A stretch of 63,207 nucleotides of DNA, the filler included, from Octopus bimaculoides (lineage: Eukaryota): assembly GCF_001194135.2 (NCBI RefSeq). It is 5 parts of 4 records of this genome, joined end to end, with 100 filler letters (N's around TTAATTAATTAA, not from the genome) between each part and the next. Parts side by side here need not be neighbours in the genome. Positions count along the whole stretch, not along the records: positions 1 to 28,305 come from NC_068982.1; 4 more parts are not named here. One strand, written 5' to 3'. Shown here in pieces: positions 1 to 11,060 of the stretch; position 1 is the first letter of the stretch; each line of letters starts with the position of its first letter. The position numbers and the translations under genes are program-made. The notes under the pieces were generated by a model, which was not told the DNA's origin, searched no databases, and saw nothing but the letters and a program-made list of their open reading frames with translations.

Positions 1-66
1 TTATATTATATTATATTATATTATATTATATTATATTATATTATATCATATTATATTATATATTAT
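1..66. repeat. (TATAT)n pentanucleotide microsatellite
   Basis: Directly visible tandem repeat. Confidence 0.95.
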
Positions 67-137
67 ACTATATATATGTGTATGCATATACAATGGCACG
101 CACACACGCACACACACACATATATATATATACACAT

Positions 138-550
138 AGACGCAGACGTGGCTGTCAGTAAAAAGCTTGCTTCCCAACCATATGATTCCGGGTTCAGTCT
201 CACAGTGTCTCGGGCCGATCCACTCACAAGACTTGTGAGTGAATTTGAAGCTCATCATATGTATGTATGTATGTATGTATGTATGTGTGTGTGTGTATGT
301 ATGTATGTGTGTGTGAGTGAGTGAGTGCGTGAGTGAGTGTGTGTGTGTGTGAGTGTGCGTGAGTGTGAGTATGTACTAATGTATTTGTGCGAGTATGTGT
401 CCCATCACCGCCTGACAAGCGGTATTGGTATGTTTACGCCTCCGTAACTTAGCAGTTCGCTTTAAAAAGAAATAAGTACTGGGGTCGGTTCATTCGACTA
501 AAAATTGTTTGAGGTGGTGCCCCAGCATGACTGCAACCTAATGACTAAAT
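138..550 (+). mobile_element. tRNA-headed SINE, family A, degraded copy
   Basis: Head GTGGCTGTCAGTAAAAAGCTTGCTTCCCAACC...CCGGGTTCAGTC and 3' part CCGTAACTTAGCAGTTCG...GGTGCCCCAGCATGACTGCA match the copy at 7531-7945. Confidence 0.85.
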
Positions 551-1774
551 TCAATATACGCACATGCGCGTGCACACACGCACATTCACACATACATAAT
601 ATTTGAGTAGTATTTAAAATAATTTATTTCTGTCTCGACTTCCTTTCGTTTGTACAGTTCATATATCTATTTGAAATAGTTCTACTCGTGGACTTAAAAA
701 CAGGAGCCATAATTCAGCTGCCCACCACCACTCACTACGCACATGCATTCAAATAGAAGGGAAAATATGTTTTTCTGAAGGGAAGAAAGTCTTTAGAGTT
801 TTTTTTTTTTTTTTTTGCTATTATACACCATTGTCCTGTTCATTTAATACATTACACTAAATTTCTTTTCACCCGTAAAGCACTCTGTGTATGCTAGATC
901 TGATACAGTCTTTTATTTTCTAAAATTAGACTATTTGCTCTACAGTTAAATTTAATTTCTATAAAATCTTTTGATATTAAGTCTTCTTCAATTTTGATTC
1001 AAGAATTGCCTTAAATAATATTATATAGTGTGTATATGTGTGTGTTGTGTACGTGTAACAAAAGTCAGCACTATATATTTACAAACAGCAGATGTTACAA
1101 ATTTCAAATGTATTCAGTTATTCTTAATATTTCACCGAATTAGACTTTCGAAGATTATATTACTGTGTAATTAATATCTTCACTTTAATTACGTAATAAA
1201 AATTTCCAGTACATCAATCTTTATGGGCAAAATATGTACTCATTATCGAGTACATTAATTAGCCCGAGGTTAACTCAATTAATTTTTTCGTAACCCAGTT
1301 GACCTTAGTTGTTATCATTAATAATTCAAACTGTGTGAAAGTCATTGTCGGGATGTATAAACCAAGCTAAGGTTGGGTGATTTACAAACCTCAAAGGAGA
1401 TTGTCATGCCGTTACATATCAATAAAACCTTAGCGTAGACTGGGTAGAACAGAATTTATATATGTAATTACATCTGATATGTATATATAAGCATATTACA
1501 TGTACATATATGTGCATGCGTCGTTGTTCCTGTGTTGTGTTAGTAATATATTTTAATAACAGCTTCAGATTTCCCATCTTACAAATATCTCTTCATAAAG
1601 AACAATGTATTATTGACAATAACAAATGATTTATTTTCCACTATGAATGTATACTACATTATCTATTAGTTAAAATTTAATAAATTTAAAGAATAAATGT
1701 CGAGAATAAAATCACTAAAATACAAGGAAATTATGGAAATAGTACAAGTATGGTGGCTGGAGTTGAATTGACAG

Positions 1775-1940
1775 AATTATTAAAGTGTCAGCAAAATACA
1801 TTCGGTTAATTTCTCCAGCTATCTGAACTCTGCATTCCAATCTCCCTGAGATCAACTATGCTTTTCCTTTCTTTCATGTTCGATAAAATAAATAATCATC
1901 GAACTCGATATAGTCGTCTGACAACCTCACTCCGAATTTC
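1775..1940 (+). mobile_element. SINE family B, old degraded copy
   Basis: Weak similarity to family B (GACAGAATTATTAAAGTG...GAGATCAACTATGCTTTTCC...TCGATAAAATAA). Confidence 0.5.
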
Positions 1941-2267
1941 AGTTATTGTGTTTATTATATCAGAAAGAATAATTTAAATAGACTTCAACCTTATCATCCT
2001 TTATCATAATAATATAGTTGAATATTTTTAGCGTAAGCCGGCTTTAGCTGAAAAATATTCAACTATATATANNNNNNNNNNNNNNNNNNNNNNNNNNNNN
2101 NNNNNNATATATATATAAACATTAATACAGGCCATTTGATTCGAAGTTTCACCCGACAAACCAGCTTCAACAGCGACATAGTTACCATTGATATTAAATG
2201 TTACTTCGACTCGACGAACAATATTCAGTGCATATCTAGTGTATTAACAACACAAACCTACCAAAGC

Positions 2268-2315
<48 letters not shown>

Positions 2316-3110
2316 TACATGCAGTTTTGCATCTTTAGATACATACATCACATATGTTTATAATTACATTTAAGTTCATAACATAAAAAGTATGGAATGT
2401 TAGTTAAACATTTAGAAAATTTTAACTCATTTAAAAGTGACCAGTGAACTTACATTGATGATTTCAAAATATTCTCCATTCTCTTTACTGTTGATTTTTT
2501 TCTTTACATCATTTTGGGATGTGTCATGTTCATTGCTTTTTCTTTCCCGTCCTTCATCATGGTTTACGGAGCTGATTAAAAGACTGTTTCTGATGCTAGT
2601 TTCTTTTTTATGGATGAGTCAACAAAAGCGATTAGTTTTTCACACCTTTGATGTATGATAATACCAGTAAGACATAAAGAATTGTTTGGAGTTTAGGCCT
2701 ATATATTTCTGTATCTTGGTTGGTATCCCACCGGCAGTGTTGTAAGCACCGAGCTTTTAGACAACCAGTACACTTGCCCGTGTACAATAATGGAATATGA
2801 TTTAATAGCAGTGTGCACTTAGTGTAATTAATTGACGAATATTTTGTAAGTTTGCTGTGCTATGAAGCCGGAGAAAAGTTTTGAGAACGCATTCTGGAAT
2901 TACAACACTGGAGACAAAATATTTAGTTATGTTTGGATGAACTTGCAGACTTTGGTGCATTGCAATTAGAATGATATAAATGAAAATAAAATATAATTAA
3001 ATTACGTTAGAAAAGTAAGTTAATTTAAATTCGACCCTCAATCCGAATTTTTCGTAAGGAGAAAATTGTTTAAGACTTGTTGAGAATATGCTGAAAGCAT
3101 AATAGTAATA

Positions 3111-3556
3111 ATCGTCTCTTATTTAGGCACAAAGCTAGCAATTTTAAATAAGTGGATTAGTCGATACTATTAACCTCAGTACTTGACTAGAACTTATTTC
3201 ATCGAAGTTGGCGGGGTGGAGCAGGGGTTATGAAAGGCACAGTTGACATCGGCGGAATTTGAACGCAAAACGTAACGCCGGAAGAAATGTCGCTAAGAAT
3301 TTTGTTCGTCGTGTTAACGATTCTGCCAGCTTTCTACCATGAAAATGGTTTCAAATTTTGACACAAGGCCAGCAATTTCAGGGGAGAGGCTATGTCGATT
3401 ACATAGACCCATTTCTCAACTGCTACTTATTTTATCGAATCCGAAGGATGAAAGGTATAGTCAGAATTGGTGACATTTGAACTCGGAATGTTAAGACGAA
3501 CGAAATGTCGCTAAGCATTTTGCCCGATGTGCTAACGATCCTGCCAGCTCGCTGCC

Positions 3557-3651
<95 letters not shown>

Positions 3652-3755
3652 AATCCTTTCTACTAAAGGCACAAGGCCTGAAATTTTTTTGAGGGGAGGA
3701 CTAGTCGATGCATCGATCCCTATTTTCAACTGGTACTTATTTTATCGACCCAGAA
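3111..3755 (-). mobile_element. Three tandem SINE family B copies (about 3111-3332, 3346-3558, 3652-3755 partial) with (AAT)n/(GAT)n between the last two
   Basis: Repeated blocks GGCACAAGGCC...GTCGATTACATCGACC...TACTTATTTTATCGA...GGATGAAAGG...GAATTTGAAC...GCTAAGCATTT...CTGCCAGC. Confidence 0.9.
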
Positions 3756-3829
3756 AAGGCTTCTGTCTTTGTTGTCATTTCTTTTCTGCATTCTCAGCTC
3801 CTCTGTCAGAAAGGCATCGAATGACTCAT

Positions 3830-4690
3830 ACTACCACATGTATAACAATCGCTTTCTTTTCTGCATTCAAAGTAGTGTAAAGCTCCAAAATAGCCTTGTG
3901 CTCTTCAGACATCATTAGAATATGCATGATCATGCAAACACCGCCCAACTATATGTTATTTTATGCTATTTTCACGCTCACTCTCTACCAGCACAGTACC
4001 ATAAAGGTGGGGGCCACTAAAAGGTTAGCGTTATTACTAATGTTCTTGGCTGTGACACTTGCATTTCGTTTGTATTCTACCTCATCATGTATTGCGATGC
4101 CAGTCTACGGGCATATGTGTAGAACACCAGTTCGTCTCGCCGCTGCTTCGCTTCATCCACAGTCTTAAAGGTCAGGCATATGATACTGTATTCATTATCT
4201 TAGCCAGTGGAAATGGCATCGTTCCACTTATTGATAAGGATGTATTCTAGATGTTTCTTATTTCTTTATTGCCCACAAGGGGCTAAAAATAGAGGGGACA
4301 AACAAGGACAGACAAACAGATTAAGTCGATTACATCGACCCCAGTGCGTAACTGGTACTTAATTTATCGACCCCGAAAGGATGAAAGGCAAAGTCAACCT
4401 CGGCGGAATTTGAACTCAGAACGTAACGGCAGACGAAATACCGCTAAGCATTCCGCCCGGCGTGCTAACGTTTCTGCCAGCTCTCCGCCTTAGTCTTCTA
4501 GTATTCTAGATGTTTCTTTTCAGCAAGTTGGGAGTATGCTACTTACCTTTTTCTCCGATCAGGGAAGTATTCATCCAAGATGCTATACTTCTCTCTTGCG
4601 TTTTTCTTCTGGAGACGACCTGTATCCAGGGTTTCCTTTCGGCTGGCGACGCTGGCAAAGCTGTTATTAAAGTTCTAGCTATCACCACAT
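3830..4690 (-). pseudogene. Decayed ORF resembling ORF1 of an L1/Tx1-clade LINE, split by a SINE
   Basis: After removing the SINE and one TSD copy, one minus frame reads FASVASRKETLDTG...KYSILDEYFPDRRKR*VAYSQLAEKKHLEYILINKWND...ICLTFKTVDEAK, then after a frameshift LLVAPTFM...RVSVKIA...AILELYTT. Family assignment is from recall only. Confidence 0.4.
4260..4500 (-). mobile_element. Young SINE family B insertion with an 18-bp target-site duplication
   Basis: GTATTCTAGATGTTTCTT at 4242-4259 and 4501-4518; body is CpG-rich and near consensus. Confidence 0.92.
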
Positions 4691-5064
4691 ATGTTTCTCG
4701 AAATGCGAATGTGTTGGTGAAAGCGAGTCTGTTCCTTTTCTCTAATATGTAAAATATGGGGTGGGGCGCAAATGTTGCTATGGCTCTTGTGAGAACCCCT
4801 TCTTATCAGCACCTCGGTGGACGACATATTTACAAGTATTAAATAGAAATTATCTGACAACAACAAAAAGAAGTTCTTTTTCGTCTATCAAATAGAAAAA
4901 TAAACGGATGAAAGACCACTCAACTCATTATGAACCTGGTCTACATAAACACGACACAAAGACGTCTAATTTTGAAAGTAATCCGATACTTTTTATAAAA
5001 CTATCGAGCTTGTAAAAGATGTCTAAAGCAGACAAAATAAATAGGTAAACTAAAGTAAAAATCA

Positions 5065-5066
<2 letters not shown>

Positions 5067-5117
<51 letters not shown>
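5067..5117. repeat. (ATT)n microsatellite
   Basis: Direct. Confidence 0.95.
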
Positions 5118-5788
5118 GAAAGAGGGAGAAGGAAAGAGAGAGAGAAAGACGGATAGAGAAAAAGAGGGAGAGAGAAGCGTCCATGACGTGAGGTTGGGAG
5201 AAAGTAACATTACGTGGTTAAAAATGTTAGTTGAAGGTTGTGATATAGAGAGAATTAGAGATAGGAGAGAGGAGGGAGAGAGTGAAAGAGAGGGGGAGAG
5301 AGATGATGATGATGGTGGTGGTGATGGTAGGTTGTGGCGGTGGGAGTGGTGATTGGATAGTGAAAAATGTATTTTTTAATAGAACTAAGTTTTTTTTATA
5401 TCACCTATCACTTGACGCATGCGCATCAAGTAAAATATTCACGCTTATTTACATGGCAGATATATGCAATTTAACTAAAGGTTGTATCATATGTACGGGA
5501 TATTTCTTTTTATTGTTTATGGGGCAAAAGAAATCAGACAAATAAGAGTGAATATTTATTTTATGAGTGCTGTGTGTTAAGTTTATAAAATTGTGCATAA
5601 AGTATACAAAGTGCATATAATGTACATTAAGTAATCGTTGTATTCCAATTTCTTTCACTTTTCAATGAGTTGTAGATGAGCGACTATCTTTCCATACAGG
5701 CACAACACAGGCTACACTTTAAGGTTTTGGATAAAGTTCTCCGAAATAATCCAATAGGTTTACCATTAATTCTGTGAACTATTCACGG

Positions 5789-5864
5789 GTCCTACTAGTT
5801 CTTCTTCTTCTTCTTCTTCTTCTTCTTCTTCTTCTTCTTCTTCTTCTTCTTCTTCTTCTTCTTC
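5789..5864. repeat. (CTT)n microsatellite
   Basis: Direct. Confidence 0.95.
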
Positions 5865-5867
5865 CTG

Positions 5868-6066
5868 GTTTTAAATTAGGCACAAGACCGACCGTGTTAA
5901 TGGAAAGGGGTTAATCTACACTATCAAACCTTGCGGAGTTGATCCCGCCGAGACCAACTTTACCTTTCATCTCTCCGAGATCGATAAAATTAAGTACCAG
6001 TCAAGTATGATGATATTGATTAACCCCTCTCCTCAAAATTGCTGGCCTTGAGCCTAAATTAGAAAC
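5868..6066. mobile_element. SINE family B derivative with inverted 3' ends
   Basis: Minus-strand 3' end at 5868-5891 and plus-strand body plus 3' end at about 5930-6066. Confidence 0.65.
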
Positions 6067-6457
6067 AGTTGTTATTATTTACTTGATATTATACTTTTTA
6101 TTTCATATAATTTTATTATAATTAAAGTATAAAAGAAATAAATAGCTATACATTATCAATTTAAATAAAATTTAAAATCTGTAAAAAAAAAAACGAAAAT
6201 AATTTTTTTCTTCAATTTATTTTTTGCGTATTTCTTTCGGTGTTACATAATCTACATTAACGTTTCATTTTACAAGTAATTACTTTTCAAGTGTAAATTA
6301 GCTTTTTTATATTAAAATATTATAATGCAAAACTAAATACTTAATCCTACCGTTTAAGGTCAGCAGGTGTCGAAGCTATAATGTTACATGCATTGCGGAC
6401 AATTTACACTTGTTGCTGCCGTTGCTTAAGTTCTTTCTTAGGGAATATTGCTTTGGA

Positions 6458-6855
6458 TACTCTTTTACTCTTTTACTTGTTTCAGTCATTTGACTGCGGC
6501 TATGCTGGAGCACCGCCTTTAGTCGAGCAAATCGACCCCAGGACTTATTCTTTGGAAGCCTAGTACTTATGCTATCGGTCTCTTTTGTCGAACCGCTAAG
6601 TTACGGGGACGTAAACACACCAGCATCGGTTGTCAAGCGATGTTGGGGGGACAAACACAGACACACAAACACACACATACACACATATATACATATATAC
6701 GACGGGCTTCTTTCATTTTCCGTCTACCAAATCCACTCACAAGGCTTTGGTCGGTCCGAGGCTATAGTTGAAGACGCCCAAGGTGCCACGCAGTGGGACT
6801 GAACCCGGAACCATGTGGTTGGTAAGAAAGCTACTTTCCACACAGCCACTCCTGC
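6458..6855 (-). mobile_element. SINE family A, near full length
   Basis: Reverse complement of the 7531-7945 copy, including the (GTAAAAGA)n tail. Confidence 0.95.
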
Positions 6856-6884
6856 ATATTTTTCTTCAAACTTTCAAAATTAAT

Positions 6885-7052
6885 AATGGCTTTCAAACGT
6901 TGGCACCCAACTGGTACTTATTTTATCGACTCTGAAAGGAAGAAAGACAAAGTCAACCTCGGCAGAATTTAAACTGAGTACGTAAAGATGGACGAAATGC
7001 CGCAAAGCATTTTTATCCGGTGTGCTAACAATTCTGTCAGTACTCCGCCTTA
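6885..7052 (-). mobile_element. SINE family B with internal deletion
   Basis: TTGGCAC is joined directly to CCAACTGGTAC; the rest matches family B. Confidence 0.8.
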
Positions 7053-7530
7053 CGTTAAAAAATATTAAAAATCAATACATTTAAGCCAATGAATTAACAC
7101 ATTAGAAATATACCATATCATAATCACATTTTTACTTTCTCATACCTCCTTATACATCTTTATTCCTCGTTTCACGTTCTTCATTTTTTGTGCTTCTTTT
7201 TTTTCGCCATAGTTATTCTTTTCTCTATTTCTCGTCCTCATTTTTTATGTTTTTTCACTTCCTTTTCTTCTTTATCTCCTCCGTTTCCTCATCGACACCA
7301 CTTTTAATAGAAGATATTTGGAGTTTATTTGTACTTTGTTGACAAAACAAGTTAACATATATAGAAATGGCACAGAAGAAGTAGTATGGGTGGATTCTTA
7401 TAATGACAGAGGGAGAAGGAGAAAGGGAAAAACTGAGAGAGAGAGTGAAAGGGAGAAGTTAACCTCATTTATGGGAGGAGAGTGACAGAAACATTGCAAA
7501 AAAAAAAATAGTAACAATATATTGACTAAT

Positions 7531-7945
7531 AGGCGCAGGAGTGGCTGTGTGGTAAGTAGCTTGCTTACCAACCACATGGTTCCGGGTTCAAGTCCCACTG
7601 CGTGGCACCTTGGGCAAGTGTCTTCAACTATAGCCTCAGGCCGACCAAAGCTTTGTGAGTGGATTTGGTAGACGGAAACTGAAAGAAGCCCGTCGTATAT
7701 ATGTATATACATATATATGTATGTGTGTGTGTCTGTGTTTGTCCCCCCCCCCAACATCGCTTGACAACCGATGCTGGTGTGTTTACGTCCCCGTAACTTA
7801 GCGGTTCGGCAAAAGAGTCCGATAGAATAAATACTAGGCTTACAAAGAATAAGTCCTGGGGTCGATTTGCTTGACTAAAGGCGGTGCTCCAGCATGACGA
7901 CAGTCAAATGACTGAAACAAGTAAAAGAGTAAAAGAGTAAAAGGG
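7531..7945 (+). mobile_element. SINE family A, full length, 16-bp TSD
   Basis: A-box-like TGGCTGTGTGG, B-box-like GGTTCAAGTCC, internal (TA/TG)n, (GTAAAAGA)n tail; AGTAACAATATATTGA at 7510-7525 and 7946-7961. Confidence 0.95.
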
Positions 7946-8336
7946 AGTAACAATATATTGAATAAAACTGCACCTTCAACGTCAACAGATTAATAGGTAT
8001 CTAGTTAGACGTGGAAGCACTATTTATGATGTTTCAACTTTCTCCACGTGGCGAACTTCCTAATTTTCTTTTTCATCTCGTTATTCTTTCGTCTTGCTTT
8101 GTAAAATATATAGTCTTACTTTATTGAGTTTCTCAATTTATTTGCAACCATTGTATCAAATTTGCATTCCTTTCTATAACATTTTGTTACTCTAAATTCC
8201 TGGTCACTTTTATCGTGTCTTTCTATTTATTTCCTATGCCTTTACATATTCTTTTCTAAAAATCTGTGTACAGTCCGTTGCAATATTTCTATAGGGTGGC
8301 GCATGAAAAAGTAACCCGGGTTCCGCATCATAGTGT

Positions 8337-9369
8337 ATATGGAAAAAGAGTTTAGCCCCCAATGACATTCATGCTGACATGCTTGCTACATTAGGGGATG
8401 ACGCTCCAGCTTTATCAACAGTGCAAACGTGGGCAGCTGAATTTAGGAAGGGAAGGGAGAGTATTGAAGATGATGCAAGGTGTGGACGTCCTTCAACTAC
8501 CAACACCGAGGAAAACATTGATCGTGTTCACTACATGGTGATGGTTGACACGCGATTTACAATAAATCAAATAACCAATGCTATTAGCATATCCCGTGAA
8601 AAAGTTGAGAATATTCTGCACAAGGAATTTGACATGACGAAGGTTTCTGTTCGGTGGCTGCCACGTCTTCTGAAACCTGATCAAACGCGCACCAAGCTGA
8701 TCCATCACAGGAAAATCTACATTGTCTGGGGCAGATACAGCTGGTTTCCTAACCTGGGATGAGTGTTGGGCTCATGCTTTTGAGCCAGAGACAATGAGGC
8801 AGTCCATGCAGTAGAAATACCCCTCCTCACCTGCTCCAAAGAAGGCCAGATCATTTCATCTGCAGGCCAAGTGATGACCTCAGTCTTTAGGAATGCAAAT
8901 GCATTGTGTTCATTGACTATTTTCAAAAGGGCCGCACCGTCAATGGAGAGTACTATGGAAACTTGCTGAGGCAGTTATGAAAGGATATCAAGACCAAACG
9001 CCCAGGAAAACTGATGAAAGGTATCTTGTTTCATCAGGAAAATACTCCAGCACATAAGTCCTTGCTTTCAATGGCTGCTATGCGTGACTGACTTTGAACG
9101 GGTTGATCACACTCCCCCATCTGACTATCAACTGTTCTTCGACATGAAAAACACTTGGCAGTATCGCACTGATGATGACATCATATCTGCTGTTGACTTT
9201 TTTGACAAACAGGATGGAAGCTTTTTCACCAATGGGATCCAAGCATTGTAGCACCGATGGAAAAGTGTGTGAACCGCAAGGGAGACGACTATGTTGAAAA
9301 ATAAAGCACATTTGGTCACATCTCATGAGAGCATCTTGGTCAGTTTATGAAGTTTTCAGCCGTCCATCG
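8337..9369 (+). mobile_element. Mariner transposon, 5'-truncated, transposase pseudogene
   Basis: HTH region (DIHADMLATLGDDAP...EDDARCGRPST), WLPRLL motif (consensus WVPRLL), DECWAHAFEPET (first catalytic D), HQENTPAH, PSDYQLF; several stops and frameshifts; right TIR ...AGTTTTCAGCCGTCCATCG followed by TA at 9370-9371. Confidence 0.93.
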
Positions 9370-10274
9370 TATATGATTCCATCAGGTTTAACTTGGTGGT
9401 TAAAGTGTTAATGTTAGGTAGAAATGAAGTGAATAAATCAAATGCCGTTTATATAATGCAGTCAATTTTAATAGACTATAGCCTTTCTGTGATATTTCTA
9501 GCCAAATATAAAAAAGGCCAATATTCACTTTCCTTGGAAAGTGTAAAGTACTGGTAGAAATGTCCTACAGTATGTATTTTTTTCTCAGTGCTTTCGTCAC
9601 GGATTTTAAATCTTTCAGAGGCCATAAAATAAGTATCAGTCATACACTGGCATCGATAACAACCAAAATGCGTATAGATATTTGCTTATGACCAGAATCT
9701 TTTTCTTATTTTATCGTATTTTATTTGTGTGAAGATATTTGATTGCTAGCAATTGCTCATATTTCAATTCTCTTTTAAATTATGTCCCACTTAGTTATCA
9801 GGATATTAGGATGGGTAATCAAATAGTCGACATTCCAATTTGCAAACTGAAAAAAAAAAAATGTTTTCATGGTTGAATTAACATAACTAGAATATCTTAT
9901 CTCTATGGTGGGCTGCATTTGGCTCCTGAAAAAGAATCACTTCTGTAGTTGAAGTACTTTGGAAAGACTTTTGATGGTGGAAAAATATATGGCAAAGTTT
10001 GCTTCGTTAGACTATGCCATTCATTCAAAATCTTAAAGTGACATAACTATTTCACGTAAGGTAGTTTGTCCACCGCAGTACTAATTCTAATTATCTTCAG
10101 CTCTTACCAATGGTCTAATTTTCGATATGAAAATGATTAAATCTGAATTACAATCAAAACAAAGTACAGCATAAAATACCACAAATATAACGGTATGCAA
10201 TGAAGAAATTTATTAAATAATATGGGTAAACTATCAATCTTGAAAATTGATGTGTGTGTATGTATACACTATCA

Positions 10275-10275
<1 letters not shown>

Positions 10276-10370
<95 letters not shown>
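10276..10370. repeat. (CA)n microsatellite
   Basis: Direct. Confidence 0.97.
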
Positions 10371-10373
<3 letters not shown>

Positions 10374-10381
10374 TCATACAT

Positions 10382-10480
10382 GTGAAGTGCCTTGCCCCAG
10401 GACACAATACAGCGATCCGTCTGGGGTTCGAACTCACTACCTTACGATCATATACCGAACACCTTAACCTATAAGGTACA
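10382..10480 (-). mobile_element. tRNA-derived SINE head fragment
   Basis: Minus strand ...GTGAGTTCGAACCCCAGAC...TGTGTCCTGGGGCAAGGCACTT: B box plus post-tRNA block. Confidence 0.7.
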
Positions 10481-10509
10481 CTTCTTTAATTTGATAACTA
10501 TGTATGTAT

Positions 10510-10893
10510 GTTTTTTCTTTGAGTTTAACTCAAGTTTTCCTTGCGAGAGTTCAAGCCGTTTGCTAACAAAGCAACAAAACGTTTTGCGTTGAGTTATGGC
10601 GTTTGTAAGTATGTGGTTGAGTCGCTGTGTTGGTTGAGCTGTCGATGCATACACCCAAGTGTGTACATCTCTTCACATAAGAATCTCAGATAGAGAATTT
10701 GGGGAATGTCTTACAAATCTTCACTGTGCCACTAATACATTGGATTTGAAGAAATCGAGTTAGTTTCTTTTTCCGTGAAACTGAGTATTTCAAGGTTTTG
10801 TGTAAATTTGTTGGTACCTATCATGATAGGTACAAATGAGAATTCATAGTCAGGGTACAAGATTGTAAGTTCTGCTTTAATTTGCCATAATAC
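10510..10893 (-). mobile_element. 3' end of an R4/Dong-like (restriction-like endonuclease) non-LTR retrotransposon
   Basis: Minus frames KAELTILYPDYEFSFVPIMIG...NLEILSFTEKETNS and RFLQIQCISGTVKICKTFPKFSI* (stop at 10686-10688), typical of the C-terminus after the REL domain; 3' UTR extent approximate. Confidence 0.7.
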
Positions 10894-10898
10894 ATGTT

Positions 10899-10956
10899 TG
10901 TATGTATGTATGTATGTATGTATGTATGTATGTATGTATGTATGCATGTATGTATG

Positions 10957-10990
<34 letters not shown>

Positions 10991-11007
10991 TGTATGTATG
11001 CACGCGC

Positions 11008-11058
<51 letters not shown>
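10899..11058. repeat. (TATG)n + (TG)n microsatellites
   Basis: Direct. Confidence 0.95.

Positions 11059-11060
<2 letters not shown>

Noticed and set aside
2140-2185. Minus-strand CTGTTGAA...GAAAC hammerhead-like spacing
   Set aside because: Core is mutated, stem II pairs poorly and no stem I/III is evident.
4547-4553. Strong minus-strand donor AAAAAG|GTAAGT
   Set aside because: Lies inside the LINE-like relic, whose frame continues past it; no good acceptor upstream.
5412-5433. ACTTGA-CGCATGCG-CA-TCAAGT, an NRF1-like palindrome
   Set aside because: Single motif in AT-rich, CpG-poor context with no other support.
8290-8336. Possible left TIR of the mariner
   Set aside because: Does not match the right TIR beyond a few bases; the element looks 5'-truncated.
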